The notes under the pieces were generated by a model. It had not been told where the DNA came from. It was given only the letters and a program-made list of their open reading frames with translations, and searched no databases. A DNA stretch of 64,000 nucleotides from an uncultured Planctomycetaceae bacterium (GTDB taxonomy: Bacteria > Planctomycetota > Planctomycetia > Planctomycetales > Planctomycetaceae): the NCBI GenBank assembly GCA_963813715.1, contig CAWFAK010000016.1:32001-96000 (forward strand), in the 5' to 3' direction. The position numbers and the translations under genes are program-made. Below are positions 34,107 through 44,607 of this stretch, piece after piece (the stretch's first letter is position 1; each line of letters starts with the position of its first letter).

Positions 34107-34499
34107 CTATTCGAGCGAGCCGAACAGCTTATTTCGAAGCGCGGCGTAGCGATGGGCTTCGGGGCTGGGGGATGACGACGCCTGTTCCAGGGTCCACGGG
34201 TCGACAAACATCACGCCGGGCTGCGGCATCTCGTAGGTGCTCGACAACTGCAGCAGCAGAGCCCGCTCGAGCCGATTCAGATCGTGGGCGTCACACAGCT
34301 CGGAGAAGACATCTTTCGCCGAGCCACCTGAGCTCTCGCCTCGAGCCTTCCGGAGCGTGTTCCAAAGATAGACGACGGCGATCGTCAGCGCCACGACCGC
34401 GACGCCGCACACGATGAGCACCCATTGCGAGCGTTCGCGGATGGCGGACGCCAAGAGGAGCGATCGAGCAATCGGTGCCTGGCCAACCAGCGCGCTCAC
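34107..34499 (-). CDS. Hypothetical single-TM protein
   Basis: One TM helix followed by FSELCDAHDL...FVDP. GTGA overlap with the HEAT gene stop. Confidence 0.6.
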   Translation of the reverse strand: MSALVGQAPIARSLLLASAIRERSQWVLIVCGVAVVALTIAVVYLWNTLRKARGESSGGSAKDVFSELCDAHDLNRLERALLLQLSSTYEMPQPGVMFVDPWTLEQASSSPSPEAHRYAALRNKLFGSLE

Positions 34500-36145
34500 G
34501 CGGGACCTTTCGTCATCTCGTGCCAAGAAACGCCGGCGCAGGGCGCCGGCTCCAGTCCGTGCTTGTGGATCGCTTCGAGCGACTGCTCGGCGGCTTCCCG
34601 CACGCGCGGGCTCTGGTCGTTCAACAGGGCGCTCAGTCCCGCCACGACTTCGGCGTTCGGCAAGTCGGCCAGCACTTCGGCCGCGGTTCGCCGCACCTGG
34701 GTGTCGGCATCCGACAGCATCATCAGCAAGGACGATTGCACTTCATGCGCCAGGCCCAATTGTCGAGCCGCGCGGGCCGCCCGAATCCGCCGGCGACGAA
34801 TCGGATTATTCAGCTCGGCCACCAGCTTCTGATGACAATCGGGATCGATCTTCTGCACCAGTCTGCCCGCCTGCGGCAGACCTTCGGGTCGAGATGGTCG
34901 AAAATGCTCAAAAGCAAATCCAGGTTGAAGCTGTTGAGTTCGCCCCGCGCCGCTTCGCGTACCGCAGCCAGCGGGCTGTCGAGCCGCTCGATCAAGAGCT
35001 TCAGCGCTTCGGGAACTCCCTGGGCCCGCAGCTGGCTGGTGGCCCACGCCTGGACGTCTTCTTCTTCGGAATCGAGGCTGTCGAACAGGATGCCGCGCAC
35101 GCAGGCCGGCTCGGCCGATTCGAGCACGGCGCCGGCCGCCAACCGTCCCTGCACGCTGCCGTGCAGCAGGATCCATTTGTGGATCGCGATTTTTTCGTCG
35201 TGGGCCAGGCCGGTCGCCTGGACGAATGCCACGAGTTGTTCGTGCAGGCTGGGCGGAACGGCCGTCAGGGGCAACAGCCGGCGCGTAATCCAATCGACGC
35301 GGACGAGCTGCTTGAAATTTTTCTGCTGGTTCTCGTTGAGCCGCTTGGGAAACTCGCGGAGCACAAAGGAGATGAACTCCGCATCCGAACGCTGCTCAAA
35401 GGCTTCAATTGCCTTGGCAATCGGATAGTTGTGCTTCATGAACTCCATCAACAGCCGCATCACGCCCGGGTGCGTGCTCGACATCAGCAGGTAACCGGCC
35501 AGGTCCCGGCAGGACTGCACGTTTTGCAACAGCGCTTTGCGGACGGCAAACGTGTCCGGATCGCCCAGCACCAGGATCGATTCCAGCACTTCGGCCTTGC
35601 ACGAGAGCGACTCGAACTGGTTGCAGGCCCCGTCGAGCGCCGAAAGCACGGTCTGCCGCACCTGCGGCAAGCTGCGTTGGAAGCGATCGCCGCCGACACG
35701 CCGTCCGCCCCCCAAATGCAGGTGCTCGTACAGCCGGTTGACCAGGCTTTGCAGCGTCTGACTCGCCTCGGCATGGTCCGGGTCGTCCGGCTTGAGCAGG
35801 ATTTGAGCGAGCGTGGCCGCCTGGTCGTAGCACTCGGCCGCGATCACGACCTCCATGGCATGAACCCGGAGCTCGGCGTCCCCGTGCAGCAGGCACTGGC
35901 GCAGGGTGCCCGAAAGACGGAGCCCCTGGTCGTGGAGCAGGCGTCGCCCGGTTGCGGTCGAGCGCCGGCAACCGCCGAATGACCTCGGTCTGGCAGCGGG
36001 TGGTCCCCCGTCTGAGCAGGCCGACGACGGCCCGCTCGTGGATGGCCGCATACTTCGAGTCGAGTGCCCCGATCAAGAGCTCGACGGCTGCGGTCGCCTT
36101 GCTCTCGGTCAGCAGCTCAAAGGTTTTGACTAGGGGATCGGCCAT
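34496..36145 (-). CDS. HEAT-repeat protein; frameshifts near 35950 and 34870
   Basis: Repeated LxDxDxxVRxxAAxxL units across three consecutive ORFs. Confidence 0.75.
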
Positions 36146-36517
36146 CGAGATGTCTGCCCATCTCTAATAAAGGGGGCCGAACGGCCGAAAACGAGGGCTC
36201 GGCCGAAGCGCCCGATCGCGCCTCTCGGTATCGATCTTTCCGCGGACCGCCTTCACACAGAAGCCCCCCGGGATGCTTGAAGACTCCGAATGACAAACGA
36301 TTTGCGGCGCGCGTCGACCCTGCCGCCACGGCACGAAAGAACTCCTCATTTAGGAACGCGCTCAGGTACGTGAACAATCGATCACTATTTGAGGTTAAGG
36401 CCGCTTGACCGGTCGTTTGGCCGCCGTTAACGTATCAACGAACGCTCATGGTTGAACCGCGCTTGCGACGGACTGCAAGCCGCGACGGAACTCTCCCGAA
36501 ACGGATTTCGCTGCATC

Positions 36518-39196
36518 ATGGCCCGTCGCCCTGCCCCAACCGGCAGTTTCTGCCGGTTTTTCACCCCGCATCGCCGAGCGGCGATCGCGCCCCTCGTGCT
36601 TTCCCTCATTGCCGGGATGGCGACTTCCTTGCCGGCTGATTCCGGCGGGACGCTTCATGAGCGAGTCGACGCCCTGCTAACGGAGGTCGAGGCGGGCGCC
36701 CCGTCTCCCCTTTGCAGCGACGCGGAGTTCCTCCGCCGGCTGTCGATCGATCTGCTCGGCTCTCTGCCGTCAGCCGATGAAACCCGCCGCCTTCTGGCGG
36801 ATCCGTCGCCCCACAAACGGAGCTACCTGGTGGGGCGGCTGCTCGAGCACCCGCGGTACGCGGTTCACATGGCCCGCACCTTCGACGTGATGCTCCTGGA
36901 GCGGCGTAATACCGAGGGAATCAAACAAGAGGACTGGGAGCGGTACCTCTTCGACTCGTTCCTGGCCAACAAACCCTACGATCAGCTGGCCCGGGAGATC
37001 CTCACGGCCGATGGGGCCGATCCGAAGACCCGGCCAGCGGTCAAGTTCTACCTGGAGCGGACCGGCGACCCAAATCTGCTCACCCGTGATGTCGGTCGCA
37101 TCTTCTTCGCCCGTGACCTGCAATGCTGCCAGTGCCACGATCACCCGCTGATCGAGCACTATCGCCAGGCTGACTATTACGGTCTGTTCGCCTTCCTGCA
37201 GCCTGGTTATCTCACGCTCGATCCGACCAATCCCGCGAACAAGAACAAGCCGGTCTATTTCGGCGAAAAGGCCGAAGGGGCAGCTCCCGCCACGTTTCAG
37301 TCAGTCTTCGACCCCAAGAAAGCCAAGCACGGGACTCGTCCCAAACTGCCGGGCGAGACCGAGATTGACGAGCCCTATTACCCGGTCGGCACCGAATACA
37401 AGCCGGCGACGGCGGACGCCGCCTATCCCCTGCCCAAATACAGCCGGCGTGCGCGGCTGGCCGACGAGATTCTGGAAAAGGGCAACCCGGCCTTCCGCCG
37501 GAACATCGTCAATCGGCTGTGGGCCCACATGCTGGGTCAGGGGCTGTTCGAGCCGGTCGATCTCGACCATCCGGACAATCCGCCCGCCTGCCCCGCGTTG
37601 CTCAACTTGCTGGCCGACGAATTTCGCTCGATGGGATACGACGTCAAAGTCTTCCTGCGGGAGATCGCGCTGACCTCCGCCTATCAGCGTTCGGTCGAGC
37701 TTCCGCCCGATCCGGCGCGAGGGACCGAATCGCCGGCCGTCCTGCGCAAGCGATACGAATCCGAGCAGGGGCGACTGGCGGCGTCCGTCAAGAGTCTAGA
37801 AACGCAGATCAAATCGGCCGAGGCGACGTTGGCCCCTTTGCGCAAAGCGGCCGACGCCGTGGGGGAAGAGCTGACCACCGCCGAGACCAAGGCGCAAGAA
37901 ACGAAGAAGGCGTTCGACACCGCCTCCGAAGCGCTCGATAAGACGCGCGCCGATGCCGACGCCCGTCAGTTCGCGGCCCAGGCACTGGCGGACGCCGCGG
38001 CGAAGACTCGAGTCGCACTCAAGGCGCTGCCGGGTGAAACCGCCCTGAGCGACGCGGCCGCAAAATTCGCGGCGCGCTCTGCCGCTCTGGCTGCGGAAGC
38101 GACGAAGCTACGAGCGACGGAGAAGACGCAAGCCGTCGCATCCAAGGCCGCTCAGCGTCGCCTGGAAGGCGATCAACAGAAGCTTGCGGCGATGGCGGCC
38201 CGATTGTCAGCCGCTCAGGATCGTTATGCGCCGGTCGCCCGCCAGCTGACCGAGTCGATCGCGCGGCGCCAGACGGTCCTCACTCGGATCAATTCACTCA
38301 AGCAGGCGGCTACGGCGGCCAAGGCGGTCGAAAGTTACGCCGCGCGGCAAGCGGAAGCGGCAACGGCGGTCCACGTCGCCGAGGAGGCGCGATCGCGACG
38401 GCACCTGATGCGGCAGCTCGTCGACGTCCGCGTCTCGCTCGTCTCAGCCCGCGCGAACGAAGCCACACTCGCCCGGCAGTTCTTACAGGACGATGCGGCC
38501 CACGGCAGCGCGATAACCACTGGTTACACCGACCAAAGATCGAACACCGACCTGGAGACCGCCAAGCAGGCTCTCGCGCAGGCCGATCGCGACTTGGCAG
38601 CCGCGGAGGGCCGGGCGCGGTCGTGCGCGGCCGCTGCCGATTCGGACTTAGCCGTCGTCTCCAAACACTGGTCGACTCGTTTCTCCGCGGCCGGACTCAA
38701 ACCGCTGTCGCCTGAACAACTGGCCTGGAACGTTTTGCAGGTGCTGGGCGTCACCGATCAGCAGCGCGCGGCGGCCGAGGCCGAGCTGCGCAAGAAGAAC
38801 TTGCCGATCACGCCTGCCCTGCTCGAATGGGAAACCGATCAAAAACTCAAAGGGCCGATCGCGCGATTTGTCGGCCTGTTCGGAGCGTCGGCCGGTCAGC
38901 CGCAGCGAGGCTTCTTCGCCACCGTCGATCAGGCCTTGTTCTTCGCCAACGGAGGCGAGTTGCGCAGTTGGCTGGCTCCCGCGTCGGGAAATTTGAGCGA
39001 CCGGCTGCTGAAGTTGCACGAACCGCGCGAGTTGGCTGACCAACTGTACCTCAACGTCGTCGCCCGGCGGCCGTTGCCGGAAGAGTCGGCGGAGATCGAA
39101 CGTTATCTTGCCGAGCGTCCCAAGGACCGGGCCGCGGCGGTGCAGGAAATTGTGTGGGCGCTGCTGGCGTCGAGCGAATTTCGATTTAACCACTAA
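36518..39196 (+). CDS. DUF1549/DUF1553 protein with long coiled-coil insertion
   Basis: DAEFLRRLSIDLLG, CCQCHDHP, NRLWAHMLGQG, WALLASSEFRFNH. Start uncertain (36452 or 36518). Confidence 0.88.
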   Translation: MARRPAPTGSFCRFFTPHRRAAIAPLVLSLIAGMATSLPADSGGTLHERVDALLTEVEAGAPSPLCSDAEFLRRLSIDLLGSLPSADETRRLLADPSPHKRSYLVGRLLEHPRYAVHMARTFDVMLLERRNTEGIKQEDWERYLFDSFLANKPYDQLAREILTADGADPKTRPAVKFYLERTGDPNLLTRDVGRIFFARDLQCCQCHDHPLIEHYRQADYYGLFAFLQPGYLTLDPTNPANKNKPVYFGEKAEGAAPATFQSVFDPKKAKHGTRPKLPGETEIDEPYYPVGTEYKPATADAAYPLPKYSRRARLADEILEKGNPAFRRNIVNRLWAHMLGQGLFEPVDLDHPDNPPACPALLNLLADEFRSMGYDVKVFLREIALTSAYQRSVELPPDPARGTESPAVLRKRYESEQGRLAASVKSLETQIKSAEATLAPLRKAADAVGEELTTAETKAQETKKAFDTASEALDKTRADADARQFAAQALADAAAKTRVALKALPGETALSDAAAKFAARSAALAAEATKLRATEKTQAVASKAAQRRLEGDQQKLAAMAARLSAAQDRYAPVARQLTESIARRQTVLTRINSLKQAATAAKAVESYAARQAEAATAVHVAEEARSRRHLMRQLVDVRVSLVSARANEATLARQFLQDDAAHGSAITTGYTDQRSNTDLETAKQALAQADRDLAAAEGRARSCAAAADSDLAVVSKHWSTRFSAAGLKPLSPEQLAWNVLQVLGVTDQQRAAAEAELRKKNLPITPALLEWETDQKLKGPIARFVGLFGASAGQPQRGFFATVDQALFFANGGELRSWLAPASGNLSDRLLKLHEPRELADQLYLNVVARRPLPEESAEIERYLAERPKDRAAAVQEIVWALLASSEFRFNH

Positions 39197-39214
39197 GACG
39201 CCGATCTGCCGGAC

Positions 39215-40522
39215 ATGGAGAAAGTCATGTTGTGCGATTACGCGTGCCGCTCGGTCGACCATCGGATGGCCCGCCGAGACTTTTTGGGCGGTCTGGCGGG
39301 CGGAATGGCCGCCGGGCTAGGAGCCGCGGGCGGGCTGGGCATCCTGACGCGTCCGGCCGCCGCCGCGCAGTTGAGCAAAGAACAAAAGAGCGTCATCTGC
39401 GTCTACCTCAACGGCGGCGCGAGCCAGCTGGAGACGTGGGATCCGAAGCCCAAGACCGACACCGGTGGCCCGTTCCGCGCCATTCCCACGTCCGTGCCGG
39501 GAATGCACATCTCCGAGCTCTTGCCGCAGACCGCGCGGGTGATGCATCACCTCGCGCTCATCCGCAGCATCAATACCAACGAGTTCGATCACGGCCTGGG
39601 GCTGTACTGCATGCTGCACGGCCGCCGGCAGACGCCCGCCTCCGAATATCCCGAACTGGGCGCCGTCGCCGCCCGGGCACTCGCGCCGGAGGACAGCGGA
39701 CTGCCAGGACACGTGAAGATCTACCCCGGCGGCACGGGCGGCCGCAGCGCCGATTCGGCCTATCTCGGTCCCAAGTACTCGAGCGTCGCACTGGGAGGCG
39801 GGCCGCCGGACAATTCGCGTCGGCCGGACGGGCTGAGTGACGCCGCCGATCTGCAGCGGCAGCGGCTCCGCCGATCGATCGACGCCCGTTTTGCCCAGCG
39901 CCGCCGCACGGCAATGACCGACGCCTACACGCAGAATTACGAGCAGGCCCTCGACCTGATGAAGCGCCGCGACGTGTTCGACGTCACCAAGGAGCCGGCC
40001 GCGCAACTCGAGCGCTACGGCAAACATGACTTTGGTCGTCACTGCCTGCTCGCCCGCCGACTGGTCGAGCATGGCGTGACCTACGTGCAAGTCTTTCACA
40101 CCAACTACGACACCCACAACGAGAACTTCAACTTCCACATGCAGCAGCTCGGCGAGTTCGACGGCCCGTTCGCCACGCTGGTCACCGACCTGGTCGAGCG
40201 GGGAATGTGGCGTAACACGCTCGTCGTTGTGCTGTCGGAGTTCGGCCGCACGCCGACCATCAACCAGTTTTACGGGCGCGACCACTGGGCGACCGCCTGG
40301 TCCATTTGCCTGGGCGGCGCGAAAGTCCATCCGGGCGCCGTTTACGGCAAGACAAACGCCAACGGCACCGCCGTCGCCGACAAGCAGGTTGATCACGCCA
40401 ACCTGTTCCACACGTATCTGGCGGCGGTCGGCCTCGATACGACGACTTCCTTCGACGTCGCCGGCCGCGAGTTGCCGATGGCGGACCCCGCCTCGAAGCC
40501 GATCGAGGAATTGGTGGCGTAA
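39215..40522 (+). CDS. DUF1501 family protein (Tat signal)
   Basis: RRDFLG, GGASQLETWDPKP, YDTH, EFGRTP, GRDHW. Confidence 0.9.
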   Translation: MEKVMLCDYACRSVDHRMARRDFLGGLAGGMAAGLGAAGGLGILTRPAAAAQLSKEQKSVICVYLNGGASQLETWDPKPKTDTGGPFRAIPTSVPGMHISELLPQTARVMHHLALIRSINTNEFDHGLGLYCMLHGRRQTPASEYPELGAVAARALAPEDSGLPGHVKIYPGGTGGRSADSAYLGPKYSSVALGGGPPDNSRRPDGLSDAADLQRQRLRRSIDARFAQRRRTAMTDAYTQNYEQALDLMKRRDVFDVTKEPAAQLERYGKHDFGRHCLLARRLVEHGVTYVQVFHTNYDTHNENFNFHMQQLGEFDGPFATLVTDLVERGMWRNTLVVVLSEFGRTPTINQFYGRDHWATAWSICLGGAKVHPGAVYGKTNANGTAVADKQVDHANLFHTYLAAVGLDTTTSFDVAGRELPMADPASKPIEELVA

Positions 40523-40561
40523 GTCGGCAGCGGAATCAAAACCCTCGAACTGGCAGCGAAC

Positions 40562-41554
40562 ATGAAAGCCAATCCTCAGCAGATGCGGGTGACGCAGCAG
40601 TGGGCCTGTGCGGCGCCGCTGATTGCCTGCCGGTTCGACCCGTCCGGCGAGTTCGTCTTCGCCAGCACCGAGGATTACACGGTGCAGCGATGGCGGATGG
40701 CGGATGGCCACAAACTTTCGTATCCGGTCGCTCACGAGAGTTGGGTCGGGGCGCTCGCCTTCGTCGACAAAGGCAAAACGCTCGTGACCGGCGGATACGA
40801 CGGCCGCATCCTCTGGTGGCCGGTTGCCGGCGACAAGCCGCAGCCGCTGCGCGCAATCGACGCTCATGCCGGCTGGGTGAGGACGCTGGCCGTCAGCCCG
40901 GACGGCAAGTGGATCGCCTCGGGCGGCAACGATCACCGCGTAAAAGTGTGGAACGCGGCCGACGGCAAGCTCGTGCACGAGTTGGTCGGGCACGCCAGTC
41001 ACGTCTACTGTGTCTTCTTTCATCCCAGCGGCGCACTCCTCTCGGGCGACCTGCAGGCCGAGCTACGGCAGTGGGACGTGGCGAGCGGAAAAACCGTCCG
41101 CACCTTCGACGCCAAGGCGCTGCACGCGTACGAACCGGGAGAGCGCGTCGATTATGGGGGCGTGCGGACCCTGGCACTCACGAGCGACGGGCAACATCTG
41201 GTGGCCGGCGGCCTTTTCAATGGGTCGAACCCGCTGGGGGCCGTCAACGAAGCGCTCGTGCTCCGCTTTGCCTGGCGCGATCAGAAGAAGGTCCGCCAGC
41301 ACCTCGTTCCGGGCATCCAATCGCTCGTGTGGCGCGTGATTGCGCATCCGGAAGGATTTCTCATCGGCGGCTGTGCCGGCACCAGCGGTGGCTTTATCGC
41401 CTGCTGGAAGGAGGATGCCGAGAAGGATTTCTTCCGCTTTCAGCTGCCGACCGTCGTCCGCGATCTCGACCTGCATCCGGACGGCCTGCGCCTGGCCGCG
41501 GCCCAGTACGACAAGCAGCTGCGGATCGTGACGATGGCGCCCAAGCCGGCTTAA
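40562..41554 (+). CDS. WD40-repeat protein
   Basis: HESWV, HAGWVRTLAVSPDG, GHASHV repeats. Confidence 0.85.
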   Translation: MKANPQQMRVTQQWACAAPLIACRFDPSGEFVFASTEDYTVQRWRMADGHKLSYPVAHESWVGALAFVDKGKTLVTGGYDGRILWWPVAGDKPQPLRAIDAHAGWVRTLAVSPDGKWIASGGNDHRVKVWNAADGKLVHELVGHASHVYCVFFHPSGALLSGDLQAELRQWDVASGKTVRTFDAKALHAYEPGERVDYGGVRTLALTSDGQHLVAGGLFNGSNPLGAVNEALVLRFAWRDQKKVRQHLVPGIQSLVWRVIAHPEGFLIGGCAGTSGGFIACWKEDAEKDFFRFQLPTVVRDLDLHPDGLRLAAAQYDKQLRIVTMAPKPA

Positions 41555-41568
41555 GGCGCGTTAAGCCG
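41547..41568. terminator. Hairpin spanning both convergent stop codons
   Basis: CGGCTTAA-GGCGCG-TTAAGCCG followed by CCTTTTT. Confidence 0.35.
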
Positions 41569-42106
41569 CCTTTTTCAGCAGCGAGCTGACGACGTCGGGG
41601 GCGCGGCCGATGATCTGTGCGATCTCGGCAACGCTGTAGCCGGCCTCGTTCAGGTGGCCCACCATCTCGACCTGGGCAGGCGGAACGCTTTTTTCCGGCG
41701 AGGTCGGCGCTGCGGTGGCGATCCTTGATCGCGGCTCCGAGTAGTGGGTGACGTCGGGTTGCCGCGTCGAGCCGCCGTCGGAGAGCTGCAGCTGGTTCAG
41801 GATTGTCGAGAGCCGCACGATCTCGCGATCGCCGGCCACCACCAGGCTGTCCAACTGCAGGGCGCGGGTTTCCATGCGGGCTTCGACTTCGCGGGCAAAG
41901 TCGTGCAGCCGGACCTCGAGATGGGCGATGCGCCCCTCGGCCCGGGCTTGGGCTCGTTCGTTCTCTTCGGTTTCGGCGCGGGAGGTCAACTTGCCCGCGG
42001 CGCCGCCGCCGAACGTGCGCCACAACACCCCGCCGCCGCAGGCGAGGATCGTGCCCAGGAGGACCCACTCCAACACACTGATGTTCGTGGCCAGCAGCAT
42101 TGGCAA
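41561..42106 (-). CDS. Hypothetical membrane-anchored coiled-coil protein with C-terminal HTH-like segment
   Basis: N-terminal TM helix, coiled coil, GYSVAEIAQIIGR. Confidence 0.6.
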   Translation of the reverse strand: MPMLLATNISVLEWVLLGTILACGGGVLWRTFGGGAAGKLTSRAETEENERAQARAEGRIAHLEVRLHDFAREVEARMETRALQLDSLVVAGDREIVRLSTILNQLQLSDGGSTRQPDVTHYSEPRSRIATAAPTSPEKSVPPAQVEMVGHLNEAGYSVAEIAQIIGRAPDVVSSLLKKAA

Positions 42107-42151
42107 TTCCTTTCGCCCGTGCCTGGCGAGGCGGCGCTCGTCGGCGACCGA

Positions 42152-43493
42152 CTAACCGTGTCCGTGGTCGTGTGAATGTTTTTGAGCCGAATCGTGCGAG
42201 TGATCGTGCCCGTGGTCGTGCGGAGTGATCGTGGGAATGGTCGTGCGACTGATCATGTGTGTGGCCGTGATCGTGCGCGGGCTCGGCAGGCGGCGCGTCC
42301 GTCGCATCGGTGGCAGCGGTGACCTGCGAGAGATCGCAGCCGCTCTCGGCCGCCCGGTAGACTTCGCGGAGCGGCACACCGGCCGCTGCGGCTAACCGCG
42401 CGCAGTCCTCGAATTCAGGGGTGAACACGGGCGACTGGCCGCTCCGCCAGCCGAGTTTGCCGCGGACGGGTCCCCACGGCGTAGTGACCGTATGTTCGCG
42501 CCGCGAGCGCTTGGAACGCTCCATCCGCGACCGCCGGATGCCGAAGGTTGCCGTCTCGTCGAACAGAATCGCCTCGAGCTTGTCGGCGTCGGCCGGCCGC
42601 GCGATGACCGTCAGCAACGTTCCGGGCCGGTCTTTTTTCATTTGAATGGCCGCGGAAAAGACGTCGAGCGCGCCGGCTTCGAGCAGGCGTCGCTTCGTGT
42701 AGCCGATGATTTCGGCGGAGACGTCGTCGAGATTGGTTTCCAAGAGCGTCACCGAGTCGCTGTCGGCCGGGGTTTCAGCCGTACCGACGAAGAGTCGCAA
42801 CAGGTTGGCGCGCTCTGGAAAATCCTTGGTCCCCGCGCCGTAGCCGATCGATTGGATGGCCATCTCGGGCAGCGGCCCAAAGCGGTCGACGAGCGTTTTC
42901 AGAATGGCCGCGCCAGTCGGCGTCGTCAGTTCGGCATCGATCGGCACGTCGACGAGCGGCATGCCTTTGAGCAATTCGGCGGTGCCCGGCGTGGGCACGG
43001 TGCAGATGCCATGGGCGATCGACACTTGCCCGCGTCCGGTCGGAATGCGGCTGGCGACGATCTGATCGGCGCCCAACACGTCAAAGCCGACGGCTGCTCC
43101 GATGATATCGACGATCGAATCGATGGCCCCGACTTCGTGAAAGTGAATTTTGTCCACAGTCATGCCGTGCACGCGAGCCTCGGCGGCGGCCACGGCGCCA
43201 AAGATCCGCAGGGCCAGATCGCGCTGGGCCGGCGTCAGACCGCGTGCCTTGTCGATCAGGGCCTGAATGTCGGACAGGTGACGATGCGCGTGCTGCTCGG
43301 GATGTTCGACCCTCACGTACGTCGCTCGAAAGCCGCCCTTGATCACTGTTTGCGTGACGAGTTTGACCCCCTCTAAGCCGAGGGAATCGACGGCCGCCCG
43401 CAGGATGGCCGGGTCGACGCCGGCGTCGATCAGGGCGGCGAGCGTCATGTCGCCGCTGATGCCGGTCGAGCAATCGAGATAGGCGATCCGCAC
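42152..43493 (-). CDS. larC: Nickel pincer cofactor nickel insertase LarC with His-rich tail; frameshift near 42221
   Basis: YLDCSTGISGDM, HFHEVGAIDSIVDI, ELTTPTGAA, ETNLDD, MKKDRPG, PEFEDC. Confidence 0.92.
42155..42275 (-). repeat. 12-nt coding tandem repeat (HDHx)n
   Basis: CACGAYCAYNNN-like units repeated about 8 times. Confidence 0.75.
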
Positions 43494-43540
43494 GGGACTC
43501 TCTTTCAGAGCGGCGCGGCTTGTGGCCGCGAGGGGCGGGA

Positions 43541-43569
43541 ATTCTAGTCCTGCGGTCAGGCGGGGCCAA
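43541..43569 (-). promoter_or_regulatory. Sigma70-type promoter of larC
   Basis: TTGGCC-N17-TAGAAT on the minus strand. Confidence 0.5.
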
Positions 43570-43862
43570 GGTCAACCCGACTTGCCGCAGCTTCCGGTTT
43601 TAACCAGCTCCCGCGCGATCCTGCAACGGGGTTGGGGCAGCGCTATGAAAACGTTTGGCGCGCGAAGATGGCGATATCGAACACGTGCCGACGGCGTAAC
43701 GTTCAGCCTCCGCACGGATTCCGATCGGCAGATTTGAGCGTTTGGGCTGCCGGGCGTCGTGTTCGACTTTTTCGTCTGAATCGATTGCAACGATTCTTAC
43801 GATAATAAGGACTGGCGCGCGGCTTGCCCGAAAGGTCCCGCCGCGCCACCAGGGGCCAATGC

Positions 43863-44576
43863 ATGGGGATCTGCGATTCGTGTCATGCGGGGTGCTGCCG
43901 CGCGTTTGCGGTTCCGGTCACTGGGGCCGACATCGTCGCGATCAAACGCCGTCTCGGCCTCCCCTTCGACGACTTTATCCGCCGCTTGCCCGACCATTCG
44001 GGTCGCCTGGCGAACGGGGCCGTGCCGCACTTTGCCTTCGAGGACACGCCGGCAACTCCCTACGTGATTTGCCTGTCGCAAACGCGTAGCGAGTTTCACG
44101 CCAACTCCAACAAGTGCCGGTTCCTGATCGAATGTGCGCCCGACGAGGAATTCCCGATCGGGCGCGCCCGCTGTGGGATTTATGGCGTGCGGCCTTCCGC
44201 CTGCCGGGTGTTTCCCACGAAATTCAACGCGACCAACGACCTGGCGGTCGTCGTCGATATTCCCGAGCGGTTGCGCCAGAATGCCAATCCCGCGTATACT
44301 CTGTGTCCGAGGCCCTGGCAGCCGGAGGATGTCGATCCGATTCAGGCCGTCCAGGACCTGGCGGTGCTCAAGTACGAATTGGCCTTCTTTTGGCAGGTCG
44401 CCGACTTGTGGAACCGGTCGCCCAAATCGTGGAGCGCGTTCCCGCAGTTTTTGGAAATCGTCTACTCCAAACGAGTGACGCGCGAAGAGCCGGCTCCCGC
44501 CGCTCAGAACGACCAACCGGCAACGCTCCCCTTGCGCGAGCCGCTCGATCCGGGCGTCATTCGCACCGCGGCCTGA
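43863..44576 (+). CDS. YkgJ-like cysteine-cluster protein
   Basis: CDSCHAGCC, CRFL, CGIYGVRPSACRVFP. Confidence 0.8.
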   Translation: MGICDSCHAGCCRAFAVPVTGADIVAIKRRLGLPFDDFIRRLPDHSGRLANGAVPHFAFEDTPATPYVICLSQTRSEFHANSNKCRFLIECAPDEEFPIGRARCGIYGVRPSACRVFPTKFNATNDLAVVVDIPERLRQNANPAYTLCPRPWQPEDVDPIQAVQDLAVLKYELAFFWQVADLWNRSPKSWSAFPQFLEIVYSKRVTREEPAPAAQNDQPATLPLREPLDPGVIRTAA

Positions 44577-44607
44577 GCTGTCGGCTGGCAGCGGGATCGG
44601 CCGCGCG

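Noticed and set aside
41394..42151. 699-aa extended LarC, or programmed frameshifting in larC
   Set aside because: Removing one base at about 42221 restores the His repeat and a stop at 42152. The break is in the tail, not between LarC domains, and the extension overlaps another gene.
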